Positions 9,751-17,852 of a stretch of DNA of 64,000 nucleotides are shown one piece after another. Both the position numbers and the translations under genes were made by a program. Positions within the stretch are counted from its first letter, which is position 1, and each line of letters starts with the position of its first letter. The notes under the pieces were generated by a model that had not been told where the DNA came from, did not search any database, and saw nothing but the letters and a program-made list of their open reading frames with translations. The DNA comes from a virus (Duplodnaviria > Caudoviricetes). The stretch lies in the IMG/VR virus record IMGVR_UViG_3300020463_000001, positions 1 through 64,000 of that record; one strand, written 5' to 3'.

Positions 9751-10456
9751 TTGCGCTATTTGAGTTCAGTTGTAGATCAATGTAACCCTTACATGATGCG
9801 ATTCCACTACAGGTTCCAGAAGACTGAGTAAAACTACCAGTTCCTCCAGTTCCCGTCCAGTTAACCTTCATGTAATGACCAGTAGAATCTGATTGGACTG
9901 ATGTGAAATCGTTATTTCCGCCAATAACATCCCAATCCCATGTGGCGTTAGCTGAGTTTATATCTACATCAAAATCATTATCATCACCACCAGTGATGTC
10001 TAAATCGAAATTTAGGTTATTTGCTGCTGATGATCCTGCTATATCTAAGTCCATGTCACTATTACTTGATGTAATATCGACATCCATATCCATATCATCC
10101 GCATCGTTGCTGCCTGCTCCGATATTCCAGTCCCAAGTGTTGGTGTTACCTGTCCACTTAAGGTCTATCGTAGACGTATCTAGGATAATTGGCCCGAATA
10201 AGTCGTTGTTGTTACCAACTTGGTCTATATTCATCGTCAATGTGGTAGCGGTAATCAACATATCTGTTGCGACTACTCCACTAGACAATGTACCCCCGAC
10301 TTTGTTTCCGTAACCAAACTGGTCAAACGTAGCAATAAATGTATTACCTGATTGTTGTATCCAGATTTCGTTATCTGTCGCTGCTGCGCCGAACACACTC
10401 GACGGCAATAATATAGCCATAACAAAAAATAACATTTTGTTAAATTTATTAAGCAT
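9716..10456 (-). CDS. Curlin-like repeat secreted protein
   Basis: Signal peptide then DNEIWIQQSG, DQFGYGN, DQVGNNN repeats; D/N/S/T-rich beta-solenoid pattern; C-terminal Cx5C. Confidence 0.7.
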   Translation of the reverse strand: MLNKFNKMLFFVMAILLPSSVFGAAATDNEIWIQQSGNTFIATFDQFGYGNKVGGTLSSGVVATDMLITATTLTMNIDQVGNNNDLFGPIILDTSTIDLKWTGNTNTWDWNIGAGSNDADDMDMDVDITSSNSDMDLDIAGSSAANNLNFDLDITGGDDNDFDVDINSANATWDWDVIGGNNDFTSVQSDSTGHYMKVNWTGTGGTGSFTQSSGTCSGIASCKGYIDLQLNSNSANVTIVQKDTGD

Positions 10457-11354
10457 TGCTTTCTTCCTCTCTGTCGTATTCAGAAGATGGAGTTCTGCCC
10501 TCTATCTTCCAAAATCCCCTGTCGTTACCTTGATATATCATCTCTAAGACTGCTGCTTCTATTGCGGTTCTTGTCGCATAGGTAACACTCTCATTTTCTG
10601 ATACACCATCTTCCAACTCTACCAGTTTGGTGTCCATGTCTATAAATTTGAACACATCAACGCCTCCACCTACTGATAGTATAGTCTTTCGACTTTGTAC
10701 GTTCAACAATACCTCTCCTGTGAGTGTGCTAACTGCCCTTAGACTTATCACTACAGAGTCTCTCCTGTATTGTCTCGTAAATCCTATTCCTAAGTATCTT
10801 GCTCCCTTACCCCCAGTTTCTATGTTGGTATCGTAGCCTATAATACCTCCTTCTATTATCATTCCAGCAAATAGTAATGGTTGTATATTTGCCTTCGGAC
10901 TATCTTCTGACTGATGTTTCTTTCTTGTAGAGAGTATTATCTGTCTTTCTCTCACCAGATGATCTATACCATTTCTCTCTACAACCCGAAACCATCTACC
11001 TTTCCCTGCAGTCTTGAGCGCATCTATTAACATCTCTGTTGCGCCCTGAGTAACCGCTGTCGAGAAAGATGCGACATTATCCTGTCTCTTTCTTTGCCCT
11101 GTCTTGTCTGCGAAGTTATATACTGCGACAATAGGCATTTTCTCTGCTGGAGGCAAGTTCAGAAGCTTCTGATAACTAGGAAGTTTAACAACTTCCGGTT
11201 CCTCCACGCACTCCAGAAAATCCATCTTTCGCCATTCCCCTTCCTGATTCTTGAAGGGGGCCAACTTACACCCCAATCCCTCTTTGGTAAAAAGAGGAAG
11301 ACTAGAACATCCCATCAGAAGAATGGACATTATGAGCAATGCCGCTATCTTCAT
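10449..11354 (-). CDS. csgG: Curli secretion channel CsgG (lipoprotein)
   Basis: Lipobox LLMGC; VAVYNFADKTGQRK, FSTAVTQGA, WFRVVER.G, ERQII, LLFAGMIIEGGIIGYDTN, GGKGARYLGIG. Confidence 0.93.
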   Translation of the reverse strand: MKIAALLIMSILLMGCSSLPLFTKEGLGCKLAPFKNQEGEWRKMDFLECVEEPEVVKLPSYQKLLNLPPAEKMPIVAVYNFADKTGQRKRQDNVASFSTAVTQGATEMLIDALKTAGKGRWFRVVERNGIDHLVRERQIILSTRKKHQSEDSPKANIQPLLFAGMIIEGGIIGYDTNIETGGKGARYLGIGFTRQYRRDSVVISLRAVSTLTGEVLLNVQSRKTILSVGGGVDVFKFIDMDTKLVELEDGVSENESVTYATRTAIEAAVLEMIYQGNDRGFWKIEGRTPSSEYDREEESNA

Positions 11355-11839
11355 TAGAAACCTCCGGTGCCTATAGGTATTTCTATAACAGTTTCTGTCC
11401 CATCATCGTCTACAATTGTCATTCTAATGACTTCGCTTCCATCCTCACTAGTAACCACTTCGTAAGTGACCATATTACCTTCTAGTGCGAATGATCCAAA
11501 CCTAGCACCTTCTTCGTTGTTAAACATATTATCCACTAATTGTTTGGATAATTGTGCGTAGATTCTACTCTCCAAGTTCCTTATAAACTTAGCGAGGGTA
11601 GTATTGTCTGCTTCTCTCTCAGCTGACCTTTGGGCCGACTCTAGAGATTCTTCTATATCTTGTTTTCTACTAAACTGTTGGTTCTCTATCGTAAGATAGT
11701 GTGAACCAGTTCCTCTCCCAGAGAACGATGGAGACTTAAATTGATGTACAATTTCGTCTCCGTGTACTTCCACAGAAATAGGCATTGTCAGAAATCCGAC
11801 AATTAAAACTAATACTACCTTGGATATTGCAGTATCCAT
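11354..11839 (-). CDS. csgF: Curli assembly protein CsgF
   Basis: Signal peptide then EIVHQFKSPSFSG, AENQ-like IENQ, LESRIYAQLSKQL; directly upstream of csgG. Confidence 0.85.
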   Translation of the reverse strand: MDTAISKVVLVLIVGFLTMPISVEVHGDEIVHQFKSPSFSGRGTGSHYLTIENQQFSRKQDIEESLESAQRSAEREADNTTLAKFIRNLESRIYAQLSKQLVDNMFNNEEGARFGSFALEGNMVTYEVVTSEDGSEVIRMTIVDDDGTETVIEIPIGTGGF

Positions 11840-11864
11840 ACCAAACTCCTCTCTCCCCTAAAAA

Positions 11865-12167
11865 TTATTCAGTATCTTTTTCTAATAATTCTAAGGCTCT
11901 TTTTTCTTTTTGATCTCTGATTATCGCTTCTTTCTCACGATACTCTAAGACTACATTTACCTTTTGTTGTAATCGAATAAGGTCTTGATCCATCATTCTA
12001 GTTTGATCAATAACCCTAATCAATGCCTTATGCATTGTTCCTAGTGAGACGTTTATCTTATTATTGATAAACCACCACACATAGTAAACAAAATAACCCA
12101 TTCCTACTGCCATGATTATGGGAAACCCAAAATCAGATACAGCAGTAGACAACATCTTCATATCCAT
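11865..12167 (-). CDS. Small membrane protein (TM plus coiled coil; YvrJ/BhlA-like)
   Basis: DFGFPII.A.GMGYF TM then heptad helix; paralog of 12342-12638. Confidence 0.65.
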   Translation of the reverse strand: MDMKMLSTAVSDFGFPIIMAVGMGYFVYYVWWFINNKINVSLGTMHKALIRVIDQTRMMDQDLIRLQQKVNVVLEYREKEAIIRDQKEKRALELLEKDTE

Positions 12168-12178
12168 AAATCTATCCG

Positions 12179-12319
12179 TTATCTAAATCTTCTATCACCA
12201 CCACTAATCATCAACCTCTTTGTTGCACATTTAGAACAAAGTGTTTTATTCCATATAAAGGCCATTTCTAAGACAGTTCCCTTGAACTTACAATCGTGAC
12301 ATTTAAGTAAATCGCTCAC
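12179..12319 (-). CDS. 46-aa zinc-ribbon protein (MSDLLKCHDCKF...LCSKCATK...)
   Basis: Hand-found; GTG start with AGGAGG RBS; CxxC...CxxC. Confidence 0.7.
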   Translation of the reverse strand: MSDLLKCHDCKFKGTVLEMAFIWNKTLCSKCATKRLMISGGDRRFR

Positions 12320-12341
12320 GACTCTTACCTCCTAAAAAATG

Positions 12342-12638
12342 TTAATCTCTCCTTACGTCGAGTTTCTCATCCTCTATGAAATTTTCTGCCCTAGCAACTC
12401 TGTCTATGTCTGGTTTTAATTCTAGTGCGCTACTTACTAATAAATCAATCTTCAATATTTCATTACTCATCACTCTCGCTCTATTCTCAAGCGATTCCGC
12501 AAAACTAGTCAGAGTTCCCAAAGTAGAAATAATTCCGTCCATCAATTGTTTCAGTACTAACATGATAAAGACACCCATCACCAGAGCCCCGGCGATAGGT
12601 ATACCCACATCTTTTGCAAATATTAAAAATGCTTCCAT
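12342..12638 (-). CDS. Small membrane protein (TM plus coiled coil)
   Basis: DVGIPIA.A.VMGVF; paralog of 11865-12167. Confidence 0.65.
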   Translation of the reverse strand: MEAFLIFAKDVGIPIAGALVMGVFIMLVLKQLMDGIISTLGTLTSFAESLENRARVMSNEILKIDLLVSSALELKPDIDRVARAENFIEDEKLDVRRD

Positions 12639-12666
12639 TATGTCTCTTCCATTACATACGTCACAC

Positions 12667-12674
12667 TATTTATA
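12667..12674 (-). promoter_or_regulatory. T4 late promoter TATAAATA for the curli-cyclase operon
   Basis: Exact consensus 28 nt upstream of the ATG at 12638. Confidence 0.75.
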
Positions 12675-12691
12675 AAAAAACACATAAATAA

Positions 12692-12720
12692 TTGACAAAT
12701 CCTCGTTTATTTGATATGGT
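12692..12720 (+). promoter_or_regulatory. sigma70-type early promoter
   Basis: TTGACA-17-TATGGT. Confidence 0.6.
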
Positions 12721-12730
12721 ATACGGTAAT

Positions 12731-12925
12731 ATGGAAATGAGTAAAGAAGATCTGTTGAAACTCCTCTGGTTACAACAGAAGAAAATAGAACTACTTGAGA
12801 AAGAAAAGGGTAGGGATGATGGTTTGGATTATACTGCTAAGATTGCACATGATCCGAATACAGTGGAATCTAATGAGTCGGTTGAAGTAATTGGAGAGGT
12901 TCATGAGCCGGATAGCAAATCTTGA
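12731..12925 (+). CDS. Hypothetical protein
   Basis: ORF track; start moved to ATG at 12731. Confidence 0.6.
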   Translation: MEMSKEDLLKLLWLQQKKIELLEKEKGRDDGLDYTAKIAHDPNTVESNESVEVIGEVHEPDSKS

Positions 12926-13088
12926 GAAATCAAGAAAATTGATTGATGATATAAAGAGAAACCATGATCTCTTGAGGGCCATGGTTGCATTGGAAGAAGT
13001 GAGGTTCAGTACTTCTGAAATACTCAAACAAGAGACTGAGATGATAGGTTCTGTCAAGAATCTATATGATCATTTGGGGAAGAAATAA
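12891..13088 (+). CDS. Hypothetical coiled-coil protein
   Basis: ORF track; overlaps neighbours. Confidence 0.55.
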   Translation: MERFMSRIANLEKSRKLIDDIKRNHDLLRAMVALEEVRFSTSEILKQETEMIGSVKNLYDHLGKK

Positions 13089-13222
13089 TGTCAGAATCCC
13101 TATATAATAGAAGAATTGGTGCTGCATTGCGTCTTGCAATGAAGAGTAAAGAGGGTACTTGGGCAAACGAGTACTGGAATAGAGTTGTAGAACAACTCAA
13201 GAAGAACAAAAATGCCGAGTGA
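13088..13222 (+). CDS. 44-aa hypothetical protein (MSESLYNRRIGAALRLAMKSKEGTWANEYW...)
   Basis: Hand-translated; coupled start/stop. Confidence 0.6.
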   Translation: MSESLYNRRIGAALRLAMKSKEGTWANEYWNRVVEQLKKNKNAE

Positions 13223-13358
13223 TGATGATATTGTGACTCTGAGAAGACTCTTAACGCAACAAACTGCTGTTGTGGAATTGTCTGACGAAAGAAGAATGCG
13301 AGTTCTTATGATGTTACTATCTATTATCAGAAAAAATAATATACAGTTGAGGGTATAA
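13212..13358 (+). CDS. 48-aa hypothetical protein
   Basis: Hand-translated; fills the gap in the operon. Confidence 0.5.
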   Translation: MPSDDDIVTLRRLLTQQTAVVELSDERRMRVLMMLLSIIRKNNIQLRV

Positions 13359-13359
13359 T

Positions 13360-13542
13360 ATGGAACGAGATATGGAACAATTCTGTGCTAAACTTGATGC
13401 GGTTGCCAGTAAGGCCCAACAAATTAAAGATTTACTCGCGAAAGGTAAAGAGGCCTCCAATGTCAATTTTGCGATTGATGATCTACATCAATTATCAACC
13501 GAACTCAAACATTCTAAGATAGATGATAGTTCCGCCGGTTAA
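13360..13542 (+). CDS. Hypothetical protein
   Basis: ORF track; GAGG RBS. Confidence 0.6.
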   Translation: MERDMEQFCAKLDAVASKAQQIKDLLAKGKEASNVNFAIDDLHQLSTELKHSKIDDSSAG

Positions 13543-13640
13543 TCCAGTCTATATGATGTCCGATAGGATACGAAAGTATAGATTTAACGTCTATACTACG
13601 GACATCCGCACTCACCAAAAACCATTCCGACAAAAAGTAC

Positions 13641-13669
13641 TTGACATATTGGTCTAAATTTAGTATCAT
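13641..13669 (+). promoter_or_regulatory. sigma70-type early promoter
   Basis: TTGACA-17-TATCAT. Confidence 0.65.
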
Positions 13670-13676
13670 GTGTAAC

Positions 13677-14111
13677 ATGAAAAAAATAATCCTAACAGCA
13701 CTTCTGGTGCCTGTCATCGCACACTCGCAAGAACCTTACTGTGACTACGAGAATAATGTCAAGACATTCTATGAAAATAGAATACAGTCTGTGTCTATGG
13801 TTAAGAAGTCGGTTACACCGTATATAGACGATCTTAGAATGTGTCATATATCTGCAAAGATAAAGTTAAATGAAGAATGGCACTGGGCTGATGGTAAATA
13901 CGCATTTAATACTGATATGTCAGAAGAGGATGCGTGTAGTCGAGCACTCCATAAAGCGAAAGAACAAGTCATGAGAGAGAAATCTCTTGAATTTATAACA
14001 TCTAACTCCGACATGATGTGTAAGAACACACAATCTATTGCTGTAAATTATAATAACAGTGGTAGAATGTCATGTCGAAAAAACCACAATGGAGTGTATT
14101 TTTGTAGGTAA
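13677..14111 (+). CDS. Secreted Cys-containing hypothetical protein
   Basis: MKKIILTALLVPVIAHS signal peptide; start moved to 13677. Confidence 0.7.
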   Translation: MKKIILTALLVPVIAHSQEPYCDYENNVKTFYENRIQSVSMVKKSVTPYIDDLRMCHISAKIKLNEEWHWADGKYAFNTDMSEEDACSRALHKAKEQVMREKSLEFITSNSDMMCKNTQSIAVNYNNSGRMSCRKNHNGVYFCR

Positions 14112-14113
14112 TT

Positions 14114-14263
14114 ATGAAAAAATTATTAATCGGATTTGTTCTGGGTATGATCGTATCGGCGTATTATCCAAACATAGGGTCAGATTTGGTTCAAGCAACT
14201 AGAGATAGGTTTGTTGAGACTGGTCTGAAAGACAGAATCATTAATAAACTTGAGGAAATATAA
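14114..14263 (+). CDS. Small membrane protein (MKKLLIGFVLGMIVSAYYP...)
   Basis: Hand-translated; one TM. Confidence 0.6.
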   Translation: MKKLLIGFVLGMIVSAYYPNIGSDLVQATRDRFVETGLKDRIINKLEEI

Positions 14264-14838
14264 TGATGAAACGCGAAATTCTTGCAGCGGCGGCTGTATC
14301 ACTCTTTGTACTTGGCGGTTGTGCTAGTAACTCCGCGAAGGTTGCAAAGGCAAACTACAAACAGGCAGTCAAGTCTACTAAATCGGTAATGAAGAGTATC
14401 CCTAGTTGGTATGTTGATTTACCCAAAGATGAAGTTTCAGTATACTCTTCTGGTTCTGCAACTTCTCCTGATTTGCAGATGTCAGTTGATATTGCAATAA
14501 TGAACGCAAAGAGAACTCTTGCGGATCGTCTGAATGGCAAATTGCGGTCACAGACAAAATCTTATTTGTCTAGTGTAGGTAATTCTGCAGAGAATGTCAA
14601 TCTTCTTACAAATATTGAGAGAACATCTAAGAACTTAATTGCAGATACAGTCGTATCGGGTTATACTGTAGATAAGACTGAGATTATACAAGAAGGCCCA
14701 CGATATCGTGTATATGTTCTTCTTAAGTATAATGATGCCCGATTGAGCATGGCACTAAACAGTGGCCAGGGTAGTGCAGAACTGCTTGCGTCTAGTTCTT
14801 TTGATGAATTGGATTCTAGTGTAGAAGGGGGTCAATAA
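14263..14838 (+). CDS. LPP20-like lipoprotein
   Basis: Lipobox LGGC; IPSWY, YSSGSATSPDLQ, A...AKRTLA pattern. Confidence 0.65.
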   Translation: MMKREILAAAAVSLFVLGGCASNSAKVAKANYKQAVKSTKSVMKSIPSWYVDLPKDEVSVYSSGSATSPDLQMSVDIAIMNAKRTLADRLNGKLRSQTKSYLSSVGNSAENVNLLTNIERTSKNLIADTVVSGYTVDKTEIIQEGPRYRVYVLLKYNDARLSMALNSGQGSAELLASSSFDELDSSVEGGQ

Positions 14839-15170
14839 TGAAACGAATGAGTGCTGCTCAACGGACTCGACATATCGCAAACGCGAAAAGGAGTCTCAAA
14901 GAAACTCGTAGGCGCAAAATTACCCTACGAAAAAATAGAAATGAACTATTCTTTTCTAAAAAACGTATCAGAGACCAGATAAAAGGACTTCAGGCACTAC
15001 ATGATGCTGGATTTACTGATGAACAAATTGCAGAGTTATTCTCTGGAAATAAACGACAGGCTGTAGAGGATAAAGTCCGTGATGACTATAACTCTACCTA
15101 TGTTACTCCAGAGGATTCTGAAGGAGTATCTGATGCTGAATTTACGGAAGAACCTATTGAGGAAAAGTAA
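14838..15170 (+). CDS. Hypothetical protein (basic N-terminus, acidic tail)
   Basis: ORF track; coupled start. Confidence 0.65.
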   Translation: MKRMSAAQRTRHIANAKRSLKETRRRKITLRKNRNELFFSKKRIRDQIKGLQALHDAGFTDEQIAELFSGNKRQAVEDKVRDDYNSTYVTPEDSEGVSDAEFTEEPIEEK

Positions 15171-15370
15171 TGGAATTATTCTTGGGAGTAACCTGTGTAA
15201 TCATAGGAGTTGCCTACACATCATACAGAACTGGACTACATAGAGGGGCAGAATGGACTTTGCAGTCTTTACATGAAAGGAAAATCATCATCTTTGATCG
15301 ATGGGGAAATCCAGAACCAAACTTTATGTTGATCAATAAGGATACATTCCAAGAAACGCCCCCCGATTAA
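15170..15370 (+). CDS. Small membrane protein
   Basis: N-terminal TM; coupled start. Confidence 0.6.
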   Translation: MELFLGVTCVIIGVAYTSYRTGLHRGAEWTLQSLHERKIIIFDRWGNPEPNFMLINKDTFQETPPD

Positions 15371-15473
15371 CGAATAATTGAGGTAAAATGGAAAAACAAT
15401 TGAGATATATAGTATGTCGGTAAAAATTGTGACAAACTTTTGACATCGGCGAGAGAAACTAAGGAGAAAACTT

Positions 15474-16100
15474 ATGAAAATCTCAACAAAACTTGTTGTG
15501 CTATTTGGATTGTTATTCGGTTCAGTATCCGCCAACGCAGTGGAAATGTCCACAACAATCGGACTTGGGTCTGATTACTTCTGGAGAGGCGTATCCCAAA
15601 ACTCAGGTAACCCAGCATTAAGTGGTGGCACAGAAATCTCTCAAGGAGGATTCTATGTCGGCGTGTGGGGTAGTCAAGTTGATTTTGGTGACGATGCGTC
15701 ATATGAATACGATCTATACGGCGGATATGGAGTTTCTTTAACAGAAGAAATATCTGTAGGCGTAGGAATGGTTCGATATATGTATGACCATAGTTACGAT
15801 GCGGCTGAGGAAGTTTTTGTAACTGGCTCGTACAGATCACTTGATGTTGAATATTACAGAAATCGTGATCGTTCACTGTCGGATTTGGACTACTTTTCAG
15901 TAAGTACAGTCTTGCCTGGCATTTCTGTGGTAGATGTATCAGTACAATATGGACAATTTGGAGATGGCACAGACCATAAAGGAGTTACATTATCTAAGTC
16001 TTTGACTGATAAGGTTGATGTATCTCTCTTGGTAAGATCTACAGTTAGATCTGACCAATTCTGGGATGACGCCGCAGTGAGTATCTCGTATACTTTCTAA
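15474..16100 (+). CDS. TorF/TIGR02001 (gcw_chp)-family putative outer-membrane porin
   Basis: Signal peptide; SDYFWRGVSQ, PALSGG, GFYVGVWGS.VDF, EYDLYGGY; C-terminal YTF. Confidence 0.85.
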   Translation: MKISTKLVVLFGLLFGSVSANAVEMSTTIGLGSDYFWRGVSQNSGNPALSGGTEISQGGFYVGVWGSQVDFGDDASYEYDLYGGYGVSLTEEISVGVGMVRYMYDHSYDAAEEVFVTGSYRSLDVEYYRNRDRSLSDLDYFSVSTVLPGISVVDVSVQYGQFGDGTDHKGVTLSKSLTDKVDVSLLVRSTVRSDQFWDDAAVSISYTF

Positions 16101-16110
16101 AATATGATTT

Positions 16111-16148
16111 TATGTTTGTGGGCCTTCGGGCCCATAAACATATTTTTA
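16111..16148 (+). terminator. Rho-independent terminator with cUUCGg tetraloop
   Basis: tatgtttgtgggcc-ttcg-ggcccataaacata followed by a T tract. Confidence 0.85.
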
Positions 16149-16159
16149 TAAGGTAGATA

Positions 16160-16390
16160 ATGATAGAAAAGAAACGCAATAGATGGGTTTACACCGATGA
16201 AACTACTGGTGCAAGATTTCGACTGTCAAAAGAAGAACTGCATAATCATTCAATAGCATTAAGACCTTCTCACATATATATAGTAGAGAATCCTAATAAG
16301 ATTCCTACATCAGAGCTCAAAGAACAACTCATAGAAAGTTGGTTTGGTTCTGAGAATGAAATGTATAAGAAGGTGAAAAATGAAAAGTAA
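16160..16390 (+). CDS. Hypothetical protein
   Basis: ORF track; AGGT RBS. Confidence 0.6.
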   Translation: MIEKKRNRWVYTDETTGARFRLSKEELHNHSIALRPSHIYIVENPNKIPTSELKEQLIESWFGSENEMYKKVKNEK

Positions 16391-16943
16391 AGTTATTCAC
16401 GATCCGATATTCGATACGCAAATGATTTGCGATTATTATACAGAGAAAGATGGTGCAAAGGTAATGTATGTTTGTACTACAGACTTCTCTGTTCCTAATG
16501 TTCCAGTGGATGTATTCTATCGAAGGAGAAAGGTTAAAGGCCTTTCAAGATATTTTGGTTTGTTTATTAATCCAGAAACCGAAGGATTGATGGTCACAGA
16601 CCTAGATGATCTCATGGACTTTGAAATCCCTATGGTCAAGGATGACGAAGGCGATTACAGATATTCGCGTCAAGAATCAGATAATAAAGAATTCAGAAAT
16701 GGTAATTTTGTCGCTGGTGGCAGAATTACTACAAGATGGGGCCCAAGGGGCATCATATGTAATGTGGAAAAGGGTAAATTCTCACTGATAAAGTTCCCCG
16801 ATCAAGATGAAGAGCACAATGATTGTGGAACAGATGATTGTTGTGGTGAATGTGTGGATGATGTCCTAGATAATCTTGCCGCATCTAGAAGTGAACCAGA
16901 AGAAATAGTATCTGTTGCCTCCCTTGCAACTGACGCAAAGTAA
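16380..16943 (+). CDS. Hypothetical protein with C-terminal HxxCxxxxCCxxC Cys cluster
   Basis: HNDCGTDDCCGEC near the C-terminus. Confidence 0.7.
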   Translation: MKSKVIHDPIFDTQMICDYYTEKDGAKVMYVCTTDFSVPNVPVDVFYRRRKVKGLSRYFGLFINPETEGLMVTDLDDLMDFEIPMVKDDEGDYRYSRQESDNKEFRNGNFVAGGRITTRWGPRGIICNVEKGKFSLIKFPDQDEEHNDCGTDDCCGECVDDVLDNLAASRSEPEEIVSVASLATDAK

Positions 16944-17164
16944 TGTTGGTGTTGATACAAGTAGTAATACAAGCAATTATGTTTGGAGTACATGAATTAT
17001 GGAAGGGATTGACATTAACTGGATCGGCATTCTTGTATTTGCTGGGACTAGTATTGGCTCTATTATTTTTATCTTTTTTGCTACCTTTCTCCTTGTTGAA
17101 AGAAAAAATCCACTGGACTATTTTAGAAAAAAGGATGTTAAGAAGGTAAACTCTGGAGCCAAAT

Positions 17165-17449
17165 TTGGATAATAAACGGCTGAAACAAAAAATCAATAGA
17201 TTCAAGAGAGATATGGAGAATCATTCCAAGGAATTAATGGATCGATCTGAAGACTGGTGGCAAAATGCATCAGATGAGGAACGAGAAGATGCATTTCTTG
17301 CAGTCATGTCCAGATTGTATGATGGTGCGATAGTAGATAAAAAGTCTATATCCGATACATTGTCTGATATATTTGAGTTTGATTATCATATGGAAGTTTT
17401 TTGTATGGTATGTGGATTCGATGAATTATATGAAAAAATGGAGAATTGA
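17165..17449 (+). CDS. Hypothetical protein
   Basis: ORF track; GGAG RBS. Confidence 0.6.
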   Translation: MDNKRLKQKINRFKRDMENHSKELMDRSEDWWQNASDEEREDAFLAVMSRLYDGAIVDKKSISDTLSDIFEFDYHMEVFCMVCGFDELYEKMEN

Positions 17450-17658
17450 TTATGTTATTATCTGAATATTTTAGTGATGAAACTAATTCTAGTGGAAATC
17501 GTCTGCGAACAGCAGAAGTAAAAAAGAACATAAATGGTTATTACATCGATTGTTATGAGAATGGACATAAGGTTCTTTCTAGTAAATTGTATGAACACTC
17601 CGAATCATATGCAGAAGATGCCGCGGAAAATTGGGTATTAGGAATACTCAAGTTATGA
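17446..17658 (+). CDS. Hypothetical protein of a type common in T4-like phages (YAEDAAENWVLG)
   Basis: Recognisable C-terminal motif. Confidence 0.65.
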   Translation: MIMLLSEYFSDETNSSGNRLRTAEVKKNINGYYIDCYENGHKVLSSKLYEHSESYAEDAAENWVLGILKL

Positions 17659-17852
17659 GAGCTGTAATATTCCTTTTATTATTTGGATTATTATTTGTAG
17701 CAGTATCTGGTTGCGCGACGAATGATCCTTCAGTATCTGAAGTTCTAACAGAAACCAAAACGAAACGACAATCAGAAGTCAATTGTCCAAGAGGAACCAT
17801 TAAGGCCTGCATTGGGCCACCAAGAGAATGCGCCTGTTATAAGAGAGACTAA
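17655..17852 (+). CDS. Small Cys-rich lipoprotein
   Basis: VSGC lipobox; start moved to ATG 17655. Confidence 0.6.
   Translation: MRAVIFLLLFGLLFVAVSGCATNDPSVSEVLTETKTKRQSEVNCPRGTIKACIGPPRECACYKRD

Noticed and set aside
15429-15446. CRP site linking the porin to the phage cyclase
   Set aside because: TGTGA-N6-TTTGA lacks the TCACA half-site; it fits a direct repeat better.
16943-17149. 68-aa hydrophobic ORF as a firm CDS
   Set aside because: Plausible membrane protein in the correct orientation, but the start and RBS are weak, so it was left uncalled.
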